Notes under the pieces: generated by a model | Told to the model about the DNA's origin: nothing | The model's input: the letters and a program-made list of their open reading frames with translations, nothing else | Databases searched by the model: none | Position numbers and translations under genes: made by a program | Assembly (NCBI GenBank): GCA_965218295.1 | Contig: CBDCKN010000003.1 | Coordinates: 514,391-578,390 of the forward strand | Direction: 5' to 3' | DNA: 64,000 nucleotides | Source of the DNA: Longimicrobiales bacterium | GTDB taxonomy: Bacteria > Gemmatimonadota > Gemmatimonadetes > Longimicrobiales > Gaopeijiaceae | Shown here: positions 21,601 through 30,852 of the stretch, one piece after another | How the letters are laid out: each line of letters opens with the position of its first letter | Numbering within the stretch: the stretch's first letter is position 1

Positions 21601-22105
21601 CCGGCGCGAAGAACTCAAGCGGCAGCGGGCCGTGACACTGCAGGGTGTCGAGCGGCTGGCGAGCGTACTCATCCTGCCCCATCCGGAAGGCAGCATCCTC
21701 GATGTCCGACGGCTACGCCCCCATCCCGAAACCGAGATGACTGCCATGCGGGTGGTCATGGAGTATGAGACTGCGCAAGGACGCCAGGTCTATGACGTCC
21801 ATGAGAAGAACCTGGGCTACGACGTGACCAGCCTTGATCTCCAGTCTGGTGAGCTGCGCCTGATCGAGGTAAAGGGTCTCGCGGCCGCCACCGGGAGCAT
21901 CCTACTCACGCCGAACGAACGCCGCGTTGCCGAGGACCGTCCGGACTGTTTCTGGCTCTATGTGGTCACCAACTGTGCGAGCAGGCCTGAGCTCCGGGAG
22001 CCGATCAAAGACCCGGCCCGCTTCCCCTGGCATGAGGTCACCAAGGTTCAACACTACTGGTTGGACGTCGATGCTATGACGCAGCCACCGAGAGAAAGAG
22101 GATAG
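18695..22105 (+). CDS. SNF2-family helicase with C-terminal DUF3883 (NO VEIN-like) nuclease domain
   Basis: LPHQ, LADDAGAGKT, DEAH, TATPH, GEGINLQ and QRMGRIHR; GYDVTS..LIEVKG. Confidence 0.92.
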   Translation: MLSAEVPIREGQVLTGPLFSEPMQVETVRANGPGVWVAGLVGQRSERFRRVTLTSADIAKLSIADSALSYDGDGRLLRIALQAYSLGIAWEFDPYFGLSISRVDPLPHQLEAVYEHLLKLPSVRFLLADDAGAGKTIMAGLLVRELKLRGLIERVLVVCPANLSFQWQRELKEKFDEKFVVLKGSDIRDQFGVNQWMEQKQIITSLDLAKRTEIFPGVQQVHWDLVIVDEAHRMSARDESHKSQRYRLGEMLRDSTDHFLLLTATPHKGDPENFTLFLQLLDRDAYADVKSIHEAMDRRRAPFYLRRTKEAMVYFPERQADGAWTAKPVFTKRIPRTAAFAIDGPEFELYQKITRFVKRQSARAAAEGDDPRARAVGFLMSLYQRRLASSTYAMRRSLENRVRRLEEGLKRAQDLVRMAPPDLPDWEELEEFEEAERERLERMLEAVTLAGNAEQVREEVAELLGLAEEAKAVEGSANEAKLGHLHKIMQDEGFFDRPDQRLLLFTEFKDTLDHLMEQLKAWGFSVGCIHGSMKPGSRDEPGSRLYTEQQFREGAIQVLVATEAAGEGINLQCCHILFNYDIPWNPNRLEQRMGRIHRYGQQHDCLIFNFVATNTIEGRVLQRLLDKLQEIRDALDDDAVFNVVGEILPSAHLERVLRDYYAGKLGDADLEERLLKDVDERHFRAICQTALEGLAAKKLNLDMLTERRARAQERRVVPESIARFIKESAQDAAFALKPARDLAHTFQPGRTPPSLRKYEREPDWRLTDLANRYPRLSTDRETAEKHNLEWVTPGHALFEALRRHSLDRGLEAFARGACFHSLAHDAPARLDFYRARVVDGLGQVIHERLFTVELTADRSPRLREPDVLGDMSPTVLSDDLPPVATLAEPTAWLNENALVPFIEEVRAERLAEVERIGEHVELSLTEVLQRIDEEIGRAADEVANEITGAEGRLTQAETRHTEVLVRRERRREELKRQRAVTLQGVERLASVLILPHPEGSILDVRRLRPHPETEMTAMRVVMEYETAQGRQVYDVHEKNLGYDVTSLDLQSGELRLIEVKGLAAATGSILLTPNERRVAEDRPDCFWLYVVTNCASRPELREPIKDPARFPWHEVTKVQHYWLDVDAMTQPPRERG

Positions 22106-22173
22106 CTAGTGTCTGGATCCCTCATCGAATCAGTGGATGGATCAACCGACGGGCATCTCCCAGGAAAGGCCCA

Positions 22174-25131
22174 ATGATTCCCAAGGAGTGCAAACGGCTG
22201 GCCGAGGTCGACTTTCCGATTGCGGAAGTCTCGAAACACGCGGTGCGAGAAAAGTCGATTCGGCATGGCCATCCCTCGACACTGCACCTGTGGTGGGCGC
22301 GGCGACCCTTGGCGTCGTCGCGGGCGGTGTTGATGGCATTGCTGCTGCCGGACCCATGCGACGCACGCTGTCCCGAGGCGTTCAAGCGGGACGCGCGCCG
22401 GATTCTCTTGGGTATGCACGGACGACCGCAAGGTTGGATCTCGGAGATCGAGCGGGATGAGGGATTACGGCGGATTGTCCTGAAGTTCATTGCCGACTTC
22501 GCCAACTGGGACCGTGCTTCCGACCGCACCTATCTAGATGTCGGCCATGCGCTCGTGAGGGCAGCACACGGCGAAGAACGTCCTCTGGTCGTGGACCCGT
22601 TTGCAGGTGGAGGCTCGATCCCGCTGGAGGCGCTACGTCTCGGCTGCGAGGCATTCGCCAGCGATCTCAACCCCGTGGCCTGCCTGATCCTGAAGGTGAT
22701 GCTGGAGGACATTCCACGTAACGGGCCGGGACTGGCTGAGGAGCTGCGTAAAGTCGGTGGGGAGATCAAGCAGCAGGCTGAGCGGGAGCTAGCCGATCTG
22801 TATCCGGCTGATCCGGACGGGGCGACACCCATTGCCTACCTCTGGACACGAACGGTGCGATGCGAAGCGCCGAACTGCGGCGCAGAGATTCCGCTCATGC
22901 GCTCCTTCTGGCTGTGCAAGAAGCCGAGGCGAAAGTGGGCGCTGCGACACCGGGTCGAGCGGGCACAAGGCGCGCTGCCGCGAGTCGAATTCGAAGTGTT
23001 CGAGCCAGATGCAGGAAAGGACGTGCATGGAGGTACCGTGACGCGAGCCAGGGCGACCTGCCTTTGCTGCGGCGCGGTCCTAGCACCTGATCGGGTACGG
23101 CCACAACTAGCAGCCCAGCGGGGCGGGGCGGATGTCGCATTCGATGAACAGGGCCGCCGAACAGGCGGTGCGCGCATGACGGCGGTGGTGACGCTTAAGC
23201 CCGGCGAAAGGGGGCGACATTACCGGTTGCCTACGGATGCGGACTACGCGGCGGTGTATAAGGCACAAGAGCGAATCGCCGGGATGCTAGACGAGTGGGA
23301 ACGCGGTGGGAAGCAAGGGCTATGCCCGGTGCCGGATGAGAGGATCGAACTGACGGAGATCCGGCGTATCAGCGTGCCAATCTACGGCATGCTGCAGTGG
23401 GGCGATCTGTTCACGGCGCGGCAGAAGGTGGCGTTGGTGGAGTTGGGGCAGCTTACCGTTTCGGCTGGCTCGGTGAGACAGTTTCTGGCGCTAGCTTTGA
23501 CCAGGGCAGCCAATGCCGGCTGTTCGCTCTGTAGATGGCATACAACGGGAGAGAAGCACGAGGGTGTCTTTTCTCGTCAAGCGCTTCCAATGGTCTGGGA
23601 CTTTAGCGAAGGGAACCCGTTCTCAGGATCGACCGGCGGCTATGACGGCGCTCTGGACTGGATTGCCAACGTAGTAAGTGCTTGGCCAGGATCTATCGCT
23701 GGCCAAGTTCAAGCCGCCGACGCCACCGACCATCCCTTACCTGACCAAACCGCCAGCGTCTGGTTCACCGATCCGCCCTACTACGATGCGGTTCCCTACG
23801 CGCACCTGGCGGATTTTTTCTATGTTTGGCTCAAGCGAGTACTGCCCGATCATCCGTTACTAAGGTCTGTTGATCCTGACAGCCGCACGACGCCCAAAGA
23901 GCGAGAGATTGTGGTAGACCGGCCTCATCGACTAAGCAGTTCCAAGAAAGACGCGACGTTCTACGAAAAAGAAATGGCCGCCGCCTTCGCCGAAGGCCGC
24001 CGGGTGCTGCGCCAGGACGGCGTAGGCTCTGTCGTCTTCGCCCACAAGACGACAGAAGGCTGGGAGGCACTGCTTTCTGGCATGATCCGGGGCGGTTGGA
24101 CCATCACCGGCTCCTGGCCCGTCGCGACGGAAATGGGTTCGCGCCTCAACGCACGGGAGACGGCGTCGCTTGCCACCAGCGTCCACCTCGTCTGCCGTCC
24201 ACGACCCGTGGAAGCGCCTGTCGGCGACTGGGCGGATGTCCTGCGCGAACTGCCCGCACGCGTGGCCGATTGGATGGAGCATCTGCAAGGCGAGGGCATA
24301 CGAGGCGCAGATCTAGTCTTCGCTTGCATCGGGCCCGCACTCGAGATCTTCAGCCGCTACCGTGCGGTCGAGACCGCGGAGGGCCGGAACGTAGGCTTGC
24401 CCGAGTACTTGGAGAAGGTCTGGGAGGTCGTCGGCCGCGCGGCGCTTCAGCAGGTGCTCGGCACATCAGAAGCGCGAGCGCACAACGGCCTCGCGGGTAC
24501 GTTGGAAGAAGACGCACGCCTTACCGCGCTCTTCCTCTGGACACTGCAGAGCACGGACACCTCCGAAGAGAACGGCAAGAAAGACCAGGACGAGGAAGTC
24601 GTGGCCAACTTAGCGGCCAAGGGATTCAGCCTGCCCTTCGACGTCGTGCGCCGCTTCGCCCAACCGATGGGCATCGACCTCGATGTCTGGACCGGACGCA
24701 TTGTCGGGCAGGAAGGGGGTGTGGTGCGCCTGCTGCCAGTGACCGAGCGGGCGGAGAGGCTATTCGGCGAAGACGGTGCGCGGGCCGCCGCCGACTGGAT
24801 CGAGAGCGACCCGGGTGCTGACGTACAGGCGACACTTTTCCCCGACTTCGAGCCCACGCCAAGGCCGAGGCACCGTCGTCCAGGAAGGCAGAACATCCTC
24901 GGCAGCGATGCGGAACTTCAGACGATAGACGCTACGACGCTGGATCGTGTGCACGCGGCCATGCTGCTTCAAGCCAGCGGCCACGCCAATGCGCTACGGA
25001 AGCTGCTCGGCGCCGAACAGGATCGCGGTCCCGAGTTTCTGCGGCTTGCTAACGCTCTGTCCTCCCTGTACCCGCGTGGCAGCCGGGAAAAGCGGCTGCT
25101 CGATGCCATGCTATTGGCGGTACCACGGTGA
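22174..25131 (+). CDS. DUF1156-domain adenine-specific DNA methyltransferase with Zn ribbon
   Basis: LHLWWARRPL, DPFAGGGSIP (SAM binding), TDPPYY (catalytic) and FAHK. Confidence 0.92.
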   Translation: MIPKECKRLAEVDFPIAEVSKHAVREKSIRHGHPSTLHLWWARRPLASSRAVLMALLLPDPCDARCPEAFKRDARRILLGMHGRPQGWISEIERDEGLRRIVLKFIADFANWDRASDRTYLDVGHALVRAAHGEERPLVVDPFAGGGSIPLEALRLGCEAFASDLNPVACLILKVMLEDIPRNGPGLAEELRKVGGEIKQQAERELADLYPADPDGATPIAYLWTRTVRCEAPNCGAEIPLMRSFWLCKKPRRKWALRHRVERAQGALPRVEFEVFEPDAGKDVHGGTVTRARATCLCCGAVLAPDRVRPQLAAQRGGADVAFDEQGRRTGGARMTAVVTLKPGERGRHYRLPTDADYAAVYKAQERIAGMLDEWERGGKQGLCPVPDERIELTEIRRISVPIYGMLQWGDLFTARQKVALVELGQLTVSAGSVRQFLALALTRAANAGCSLCRWHTTGEKHEGVFSRQALPMVWDFSEGNPFSGSTGGYDGALDWIANVVSAWPGSIAGQVQAADATDHPLPDQTASVWFTDPPYYDAVPYAHLADFFYVWLKRVLPDHPLLRSVDPDSRTTPKEREIVVDRPHRLSSSKKDATFYEKEMAAAFAEGRRVLRQDGVGSVVFAHKTTEGWEALLSGMIRGGWTITGSWPVATEMGSRLNARETASLATSVHLVCRPRPVEAPVGDWADVLRELPARVADWMEHLQGEGIRGADLVFACIGPALEIFSRYRAVETAEGRNVGLPEYLEKVWEVVGRAALQQVLGTSEARAHNGLAGTLEEDARLTALFLWTLQSTDTSEENGKKDQDEEVVANLAAKGFSLPFDVVRRFAQPMGIDLDVWTGRIVGQEGGVVRLLPVTERAERLFGEDGARAAADWIESDPGADVQATLFPDFEPTPRPRHRRPGRQNILGSDAELQTIDATTLDRVHAAMLLQASGHANALRKLLGAEQDRGPEFLRLANALSSLYPRGSREKRLLDAMLLAVPR

Positions 25132-25135
25132 CGGC

Positions 25136-26101
25136 ATGGCAACCGAAGTAAACGAGCGCACTATATGGCAGGTTTCCGCTGGTCCGACCAACCGGTCCTA
25201 CGCCGACCAATTCTTGATTCACGGTGTCGCGCTGATCGGTCCCGGGGATACGGGGCCGTGGCGACCTGAACGGTCTGACGAGGAATTCGAAGGTGGGTTC
25301 GTTCGGCGTTTCGCCGCCGAGCTTCGTGTCGGGGACGTACTGCTGCTTCGGACGGGTCTGTCGACCATTCGTGCGGTTGGCCTGGTTGCATCGGACTACC
25401 AGTACCTACCGCAATTCGACGATGTAAATGGGTGGGACCTACAGCACGCCCGGCGCGTGCGCTGGTGTGCACTTCCGGAACCGTACGATCTCGGCAACCG
25501 GGTGTTCGGCGCCAACCCGCCCCGGCTCTCACGTATTCAGGCAGAGGAGATCGTTAGGTACGCGAGTCAGGTTGTTCAGTCACCACCCACGGATTGGCAA
25601 GCGCGCGCCTTGCCGAGCCTACCGGTGGAGGAACCGACACTCGGGACACCACCGCCTGAATTGGAGGAGCTAGTCGCTCAGGTACATGACCTATTGCCAC
25701 TCTATTGGGACACGGTGACGTTCGGCGAGCGACCCATGGAGGACGAGTTGGTCGTGCACTACGTCGTTCCTTTCCTGCGCGCGCTGGGATGGCCCGTCGA
25801 GAAGATTGCGGTGCAGTGGCGCCATGTCGACGTCACCTTGTTCACCAGGCTGCCCAGAGTCCCGGAGCATTGCCACTACCTGATTGAGGCCAAACGGCTG
25901 GGTGCGGGTGTTGAAGGCGCGCTCGGTCAGGCGATCGGATACGTCTCCGCCCTCGGCATCCAATGCGACGTCGTCGTTACGGACGGCATCCGCTACCGCA
26001 TGTACGAAGCGGCCAAGGATTTCGCGCCCGTCGCATACGCGAATCTCGCGCGCCTCAAGCGGTCGTCTCTAGAGCTGTTCAACCGTATGCGAAGGCCGTA
26101 A
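25136..26101 (+). CDS. McrB-N/EVE-like domain fused to HsdR-N-like PD-(D/E)xK endonuclease
   Basis: N-terminal F..E.RVGD...I.AVG.V.SDY...RRVRW; C-terminal PFLRALGW, VD, IEAK, QAIGY and VTDG. Confidence 0.7.
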   Translation: MATEVNERTIWQVSAGPTNRSYADQFLIHGVALIGPGDTGPWRPERSDEEFEGGFVRRFAAELRVGDVLLLRTGLSTIRAVGLVASDYQYLPQFDDVNGWDLQHARRVRWCALPEPYDLGNRVFGANPPRLSRIQAEEIVRYASQVVQSPPTDWQARALPSLPVEEPTLGTPPPELEELVAQVHDLLPLYWDTVTFGERPMEDELVVHYVVPFLRALGWPVEKIAVQWRHVDVTLFTRLPRVPEHCHYLIEAKRLGAGVEGALGQAIGYVSALGIQCDVVVTDGIRYRMYEAAKDFAPVAYANLARLKRSSLELFNRMRRP

Positions 26102-26114
26102 CCGGAGGAGAATC

Positions 26115-28877
26115 GTGGACCCGTGGTACAAAATCGTGACCCTCCGTCAGGAAGTCCGGGAAGGCCGCTCGTTCAGTCCGGACGAGTTCGCCATCGCCCT
26201 CGAGCAGGTGGTCGCACAGACGGCTCCAGAGGATTACCGTGACCCGGCGCAGTTCTTCTCGCGGACCTGCTTCACCCGGGCGTTGGAAGAGCATGCCGGG
26301 ATGGTGCTCCGGCGACTCTCGGGCAAGACCGAGAACACGGCGCCGGTCCTTACGCTGATCACGCAGTTCGGCGGTGGCAAGACGCACACACTCACCTCGC
26401 TCTACCATCTGGCCAACGCCGGCGCGGAGGCCTCTGAACTCCCCGGCGTGGCCGATCTTCTTAACGAGGCTGGGATAGTGGAAGCGCCTTCCGCGCGCGT
26501 CGGCGTATTCGTAGGCAATGCCTGGGATCCGGCGGAGGGACGGGAGACGCCCTGGATCGATCTGGCTCGCCAACTGGCTGGCGAAGAGGGCGTCGCTGCG
26601 CTTGGTGCCGCCGCCCGGACCACACCACCGGGAACCGAGTCACTGGCGAGAGTATTTGCTGCCGCCGACGCGCCGGTCCTGTTGCTGTTCGACGAGGTAC
26701 TGAACTTCGTCAACCGCCACCGAGGCATGGCCGAGAGCTTTCACGCCTTCATTCAGAACCTGACCGTCGCCGTCACAGGCACCAGGCACGCTGCAGCCGT
26801 CATCAGCTTGCCTCGCAGCCAGGTCGAAATGACCGATTGGGACCAGCAGTGGCAGGACCGGATCAAGAAGGTGGTCGGGCGCGTCGCCCGCGACTTGATC
26901 GCCAATGACGAATCCGAGATCAGCGAGGTCGTGCGTCGCCGGCTGTTTCAAGACCTCGGTGCTGTGCGCGTTCGCAAGAAGGTCGCCAAGGCCTATGCGG
27001 ACTGGTGCTTCGAGCGTACAGCCCGCCTTCCCCCGGAGTGGCTGGCGGTCGACACGGCGACGACAGAGACCAAGGCAAGGGAGTTTCTGAGGGGCCGGTT
27101 TGAGGCGTGCTACCCGTTCCATCCAGCGACCCTGTCCGTCTTTCAACGGAAGTGGCGCGCACTCGCCCAGTTCCAGCAGACTCGCGGCGCACTGGCCATG
27201 CTTGCGCAGTGGATCTCTTGGGCCAATCGCGAGCACTTCGGAAAGGCACGCAAGGAGTCGCTCATCACGCTCGGATCGGCGCCATTGGACGTGCCGGAGT
27301 TCCGCGCCGTGGTTTTGGGCCAATTGGGCGAGGCTCGGCTCGACGTGGCCATCGACTCCGACCTGGCCGGTCCGATGGCGCATGCAAAAGCCCTGGATGT
27401 GGACGCTCAGGGTGTTCTGCGCGACATCCACCGCCGCGTGGGCACAACCATCCTATTCGAGTCATCCGGCGGACAGGTGGACAAGGTGGCTCATTTGCCC
27501 GAACTGCGCTTCGCGCTTGGTGAGCCAGAGGTCGATACCACCACCATCGACAACGCTGCGGCCGCCCTGGAGACATCCGGGTTCTTCATTCGCAAGGTCG
27601 GGACGGACGGCTACCGCATCCATCACCAGGCGACATTGAAGAAGGTCGTCAGCGACAGGCGTGCTTCGCTGGACGAAGAAACGGAGATCAGGCCGGCAGT
27701 CCGCAAGCTCGTCGAAAACGAGTTCAGGCGTGGTGCAACCCTGCCCGTCGTCGTCTTCCCGGAGGACAGTGCCGCAGTCCAGGACTCGCCGCGCCTCGCG
27801 TTGATCGTCGTCGACCCGGAGACGGAATGGAAGGACAGTGACCAGGTAGTCGAGCGGATCGGCGAATGGACGAAGGAACGGGGCAAGTCACCGCGGCTCT
27901 ACCCTGGCTCGTTGGTCTGGTGCGCCAGGAAACCAGGACGTGAACTTCGCGAGAAGGTTGAGTTGTGGCTTGCTTGGCAGCGTGTGGCGCGCGAGGTGGC
28001 GGAGGGTGTCCTAGGTGCCGAGTTCGACCGTGCTGACCGTGTCGAAGTCCAGGTCAAGGCCAGCGAAGCGGAGGAAGCCTCCAAGGACGAAGTGTGGGCC
28101 AGCTATCGCTTCGTGGCACTGTCCGATTCAGAGGCGCAGTACGGTCTCAAACGCATCGACCTCGGCGCCGGCCACGCTAGCGCGACCGAAACGCTCTGCG
28201 GCCGTGTCATCGGAGCGTTGAAATCCGAGGCCCTGCTGAACGAGAGCGTAGGCGCCGGTTACATTGACCGTCACTGGCCGCCCACGTTCCAGAGCACCGG
28301 GGCATGGCCGCTCACGAGCTTGCGACAGAGCTTCCTCGACGGCTCGCTAACACGGTTGATCGACCCCGATGCGATCCTCCGTAGGCAGATCACAGCGTTC
28401 GTGGAGAACGGAGACTTCGGCTTGGCATCCGGTGCCGAGAACGATGGCACCTACAGTCGGCTGTGGTATGACGAGCTGATCCGCCAAGAAGAGGTCGCCT
28501 TTGAATCGGGTGTCTTCCTGTTGACTAAGGCCAGAGCCGAAGAACTCAAGACCATGCCTGCAGGGGATGAGCACCCACAACCCGGACCCCCACCAGGCCC
28601 GGGCCCGGAACCCGAGCCTGAACCGGGACCTGATCCAGAGCCAACTCCGGTTGCTGAGAAGACAATCCTTCGCCTTGCCGGTACCGTGCCCCCCGAACTC
28701 TGGAACCGGCTCGGAACTAAAGTCCTGCCTAAGCTCCGGTCGGGAGACGACCTCAGGGTAGGCATCGAGTTCTCCGTGAGTGTCAGCTCGCAGTTTGTTG
28801 GGAACATGGAGACCGAGCTGCAACAGGTGTTGGACGAGCTCGGGCTGAGCAACACGATCCGCGTTCAAAGGTTGTAG
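26115..28877 (+). CDS. DUF499 family AAA+ ATPase
   Basis: PWY....RQEV, EFAIAL, TQFGGGKTH, LLFDE and YPFHP; Pro-rich linker near the C-terminus. Confidence 0.9.
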   Translation: MDPWYKIVTLRQEVREGRSFSPDEFAIALEQVVAQTAPEDYRDPAQFFSRTCFTRALEEHAGMVLRRLSGKTENTAPVLTLITQFGGGKTHTLTSLYHLANAGAEASELPGVADLLNEAGIVEAPSARVGVFVGNAWDPAEGRETPWIDLARQLAGEEGVAALGAAARTTPPGTESLARVFAAADAPVLLLFDEVLNFVNRHRGMAESFHAFIQNLTVAVTGTRHAAAVISLPRSQVEMTDWDQQWQDRIKKVVGRVARDLIANDESEISEVVRRRLFQDLGAVRVRKKVAKAYADWCFERTARLPPEWLAVDTATTETKAREFLRGRFEACYPFHPATLSVFQRKWRALAQFQQTRGALAMLAQWISWANREHFGKARKESLITLGSAPLDVPEFRAVVLGQLGEARLDVAIDSDLAGPMAHAKALDVDAQGVLRDIHRRVGTTILFESSGGQVDKVAHLPELRFALGEPEVDTTTIDNAAAALETSGFFIRKVGTDGYRIHHQATLKKVVSDRRASLDEETEIRPAVRKLVENEFRRGATLPVVVFPEDSAAVQDSPRLALIVVDPETEWKDSDQVVERIGEWTKERGKSPRLYPGSLVWCARKPGRELREKVELWLAWQRVAREVAEGVLGAEFDRADRVEVQVKASEAEEASKDEVWASYRFVALSDSEAQYGLKRIDLGAGHASATETLCGRVIGALKSEALLNESVGAGYIDRHWPPTFQSTGAWPLTSLRQSFLDGSLTRLIDPDAILRRQITAFVENGDFGLASGAENDGTYSRLWYDELIRQEEVAFESGVFLLTKARAEELKTMPAGDEHPQPGPPPGPGPEPEPEPGPDPEPTPVAEKTILRLAGTVPPELWNRLGTKVLPKLRSGDDLRVGIEFSVSVSSQFVGNMETELQQVLDELGLSNTIRVQRL

Positions 28878-29539
28878 TGACGAGGAGCTTACGAAGGGCG
28901 CTTGAACCGGTCCCGATTTACTGGACAAGAGCGCGGCTTAATCATGCCGCCTTACGGGTGAGCTCCTCGCGGACCTGGAACGGAGTCCGGTATCCATGGC
29001 GCCCTAGGAGCCACCCGCAGTTGTAGCTATCGATACGCGCAAGCGACCGGAACGCCGAATTGATCGCTGAGAGCCTGTAGCCCCTTGTTTAGCAATGGAA
29101 GCGTCGGATCCGGCCCGGCGGGGACGTGATCAAACGGCGGCGCGGTCGAATTGTCGTTGAGCTGGTGAGAAAGACCTAGACCCGCGGAGCTAGGCGATCC
29201 CGCAACTACGGAATTCGAGGTCCTGCACGAACGAACCAGCGTAAGGAAGACCCGGCGTGTCGGCTTGTCGCGAGCGAGGCCGGCCGCAGGTTTCGCGCGC
29301 TCCTACGGGAGCGGTTCAACAACCCGTTGGCAGAACCCGGTCCGGCTCTAGTACGGGGGTGGACCTCCTGGCATATCCTCCCGCTTACGATGGTTGACAC
29401 CGCGCAAAGCAGTCTCCTCAATGCTACTGGTAGGGAGACTATGAAGATGATCGAGCAGATGCGGATGACCGCGTTCGAAGACCGGGACCAGCTGCGGAAA
29501 ATGGCTCCTCCTCAAGCTTCCTTCGTTCTACCCGATCGG

Positions 29540-29800
29540 TGGGAGGTCGTGGCAATCGCCCGTGCCCCACGGGAGCTAGAGCGAGGCCGGGCGATCCTCG
29601 GAGGCTGGGCCGCGGCCTCCGGGCCGGAGGCGCCGGACGCCGGGGTTTCTGAAGAGGCCGCCCGCATTGAGCGGGTGATCCTTCATGGCGACGAGCGGGC
29701 ACTCGGGGAGTACGGCGGTCTGCAGGCCGCCAAGAAGCGAAGCGTCGTGCTGAGGAAGCGCGCACGCCAAGGGCTGACGGCAACGGTGCGCCTCTCCGGG
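29540..29800 (+). pseudogene. C-terminal remnant paralogous to the element backbone gene at 42788-43683
   Basis: EVVAIAR..RELERGR.....WA.ASGP..PDAG..EE.ARIER.IL.G...GGLQAA.KRSVVL matches the 42788 ORF. Confidence 0.8.
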
Positions 29801-29842
29801 CGCACTTCCGATTACCCGCTATGTGTCATGCCACTACCGGGA

Positions 29843-30100
29843 TGTGAATACGACCCGGGCGGTCGATTCACAGATGACCCCGGTCGCGATTCACAGAGGC
29901 ATGGCTCGCGATTCCTTTGCGGTTGTTGCGGTTACGCCTGGTGCTGCCTGGTCGGCGGGGACGCACCGGGCTCGCCGACCGGGATGGGAGCGACCCCCCC
30001 TGTGGACGCCCTAGTAATGGCGTCGGCCGGTGCGGGTTTTCACAAACCTCGCACCGCCCCCGGGGGGTCGCTCCCGTTCCAATGATCCCTCGCGAGAAGG
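29843..30100 (-). repeat. Three TTCACA/TGTGAA boxes plus structured element, copy 2
   Basis: Boxes at 29843, 29867 and 29890; stem 29986-30075; leader (rc) ends at 30100. Confidence 0.75.
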
Positions 30101-30417
30101 CCGTCATCCGCCAACGAAGACCCCGGCCAAGGACCTAGTGACGTCGCCGGCGCGACCGCCAAGCGGCATCAATTGGTCGCGGGAAAAGTATATCCTCTGG
30201 CGTATAGTTCGGCGTCTTGCCGTCACGAGGGAAGGGCCCCTAGCCTGTGCTGCCTGTGCCAAACCTCGGTGATTATATACTTGACGCAGCGGTCGAGGTT
30301 TTATGCAGAGCCTTGTGGGGCTCGATGCGGGCAGCCAATATGGGCGCTACGCAATGGCTACGCACGAACGGCTGCACAAGGGTTACGTTACCCTTACTAA
30401 CCCAAGAGAGGTGCGTG

Positions 30418-30852
30418 ATGGACAGGACATCTTTCGTGCTTGCTGCGATGTCTCCGGCCAACGGATCGCCATTTTCTCCGGTTCAGGTCCAGAAGCTGTT
30501 TTTCCTCCTGGACCAGAACGTGACGGACCACATTGGCGATGGCCCCTACTTCCAGTTCAAGCCCTATGACTACGGGCCATTTGATCCACAGGTCTACTGC
30601 GAACTCGAAGAAATGGAGGCCGATGGGTTGGCTGAAATCCACGATCCCCCGTTGAAGTCTCGCACCTACCGGTTGACCGAGAAGGGTCAAGAGAGGGGGG
30701 CGGAGGCGCTGGCCGAAGTGCCGGAGGGCATCCGGGTGTACATCGGCAATCTGGTGGACTTCGTTCGATCGCAGTCTTTCACAGAATTGGTCTCAGCTAT
30801 CTACCGAGCCTATCCGGACATGAAGGTGAATAGCGTCTTCGTGAAGCCGTGA
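30418..30852 (+). CDS. SocA/Panacea (DUF4065)/YwgA-like protein
   Basis: VQVQKLFFLL, YFQFKPYDYGPFD and YRLTEKG motifs; GAGG RBS. Confidence 0.7.
   Translation: MDRTSFVLAAMSPANGSPFSPVQVQKLFFLLDQNVTDHIGDGPYFQFKPYDYGPFDPQVYCELEEMEADGLAEIHDPPLKSRTYRLTEKGQERGAEALAEVPEGIRVYIGNLVDFVRSQSFTELVSAIYRAYPDMKVNSVFVKP

Noticed and set aside
28575..28650. Pro-Gly/Pro-Glu repeat DNA
   Set aside because: Ordinary low-complexity linker within the DUF499 protein
18695..28877. Calling the operon BREX, DISARM or type III RM
   Set aside because: No PglZ, BrxA/B/L, DrmA/B or Mod/Res recognised; the DUF499/DUF1156 signatures fit the restriction-like class
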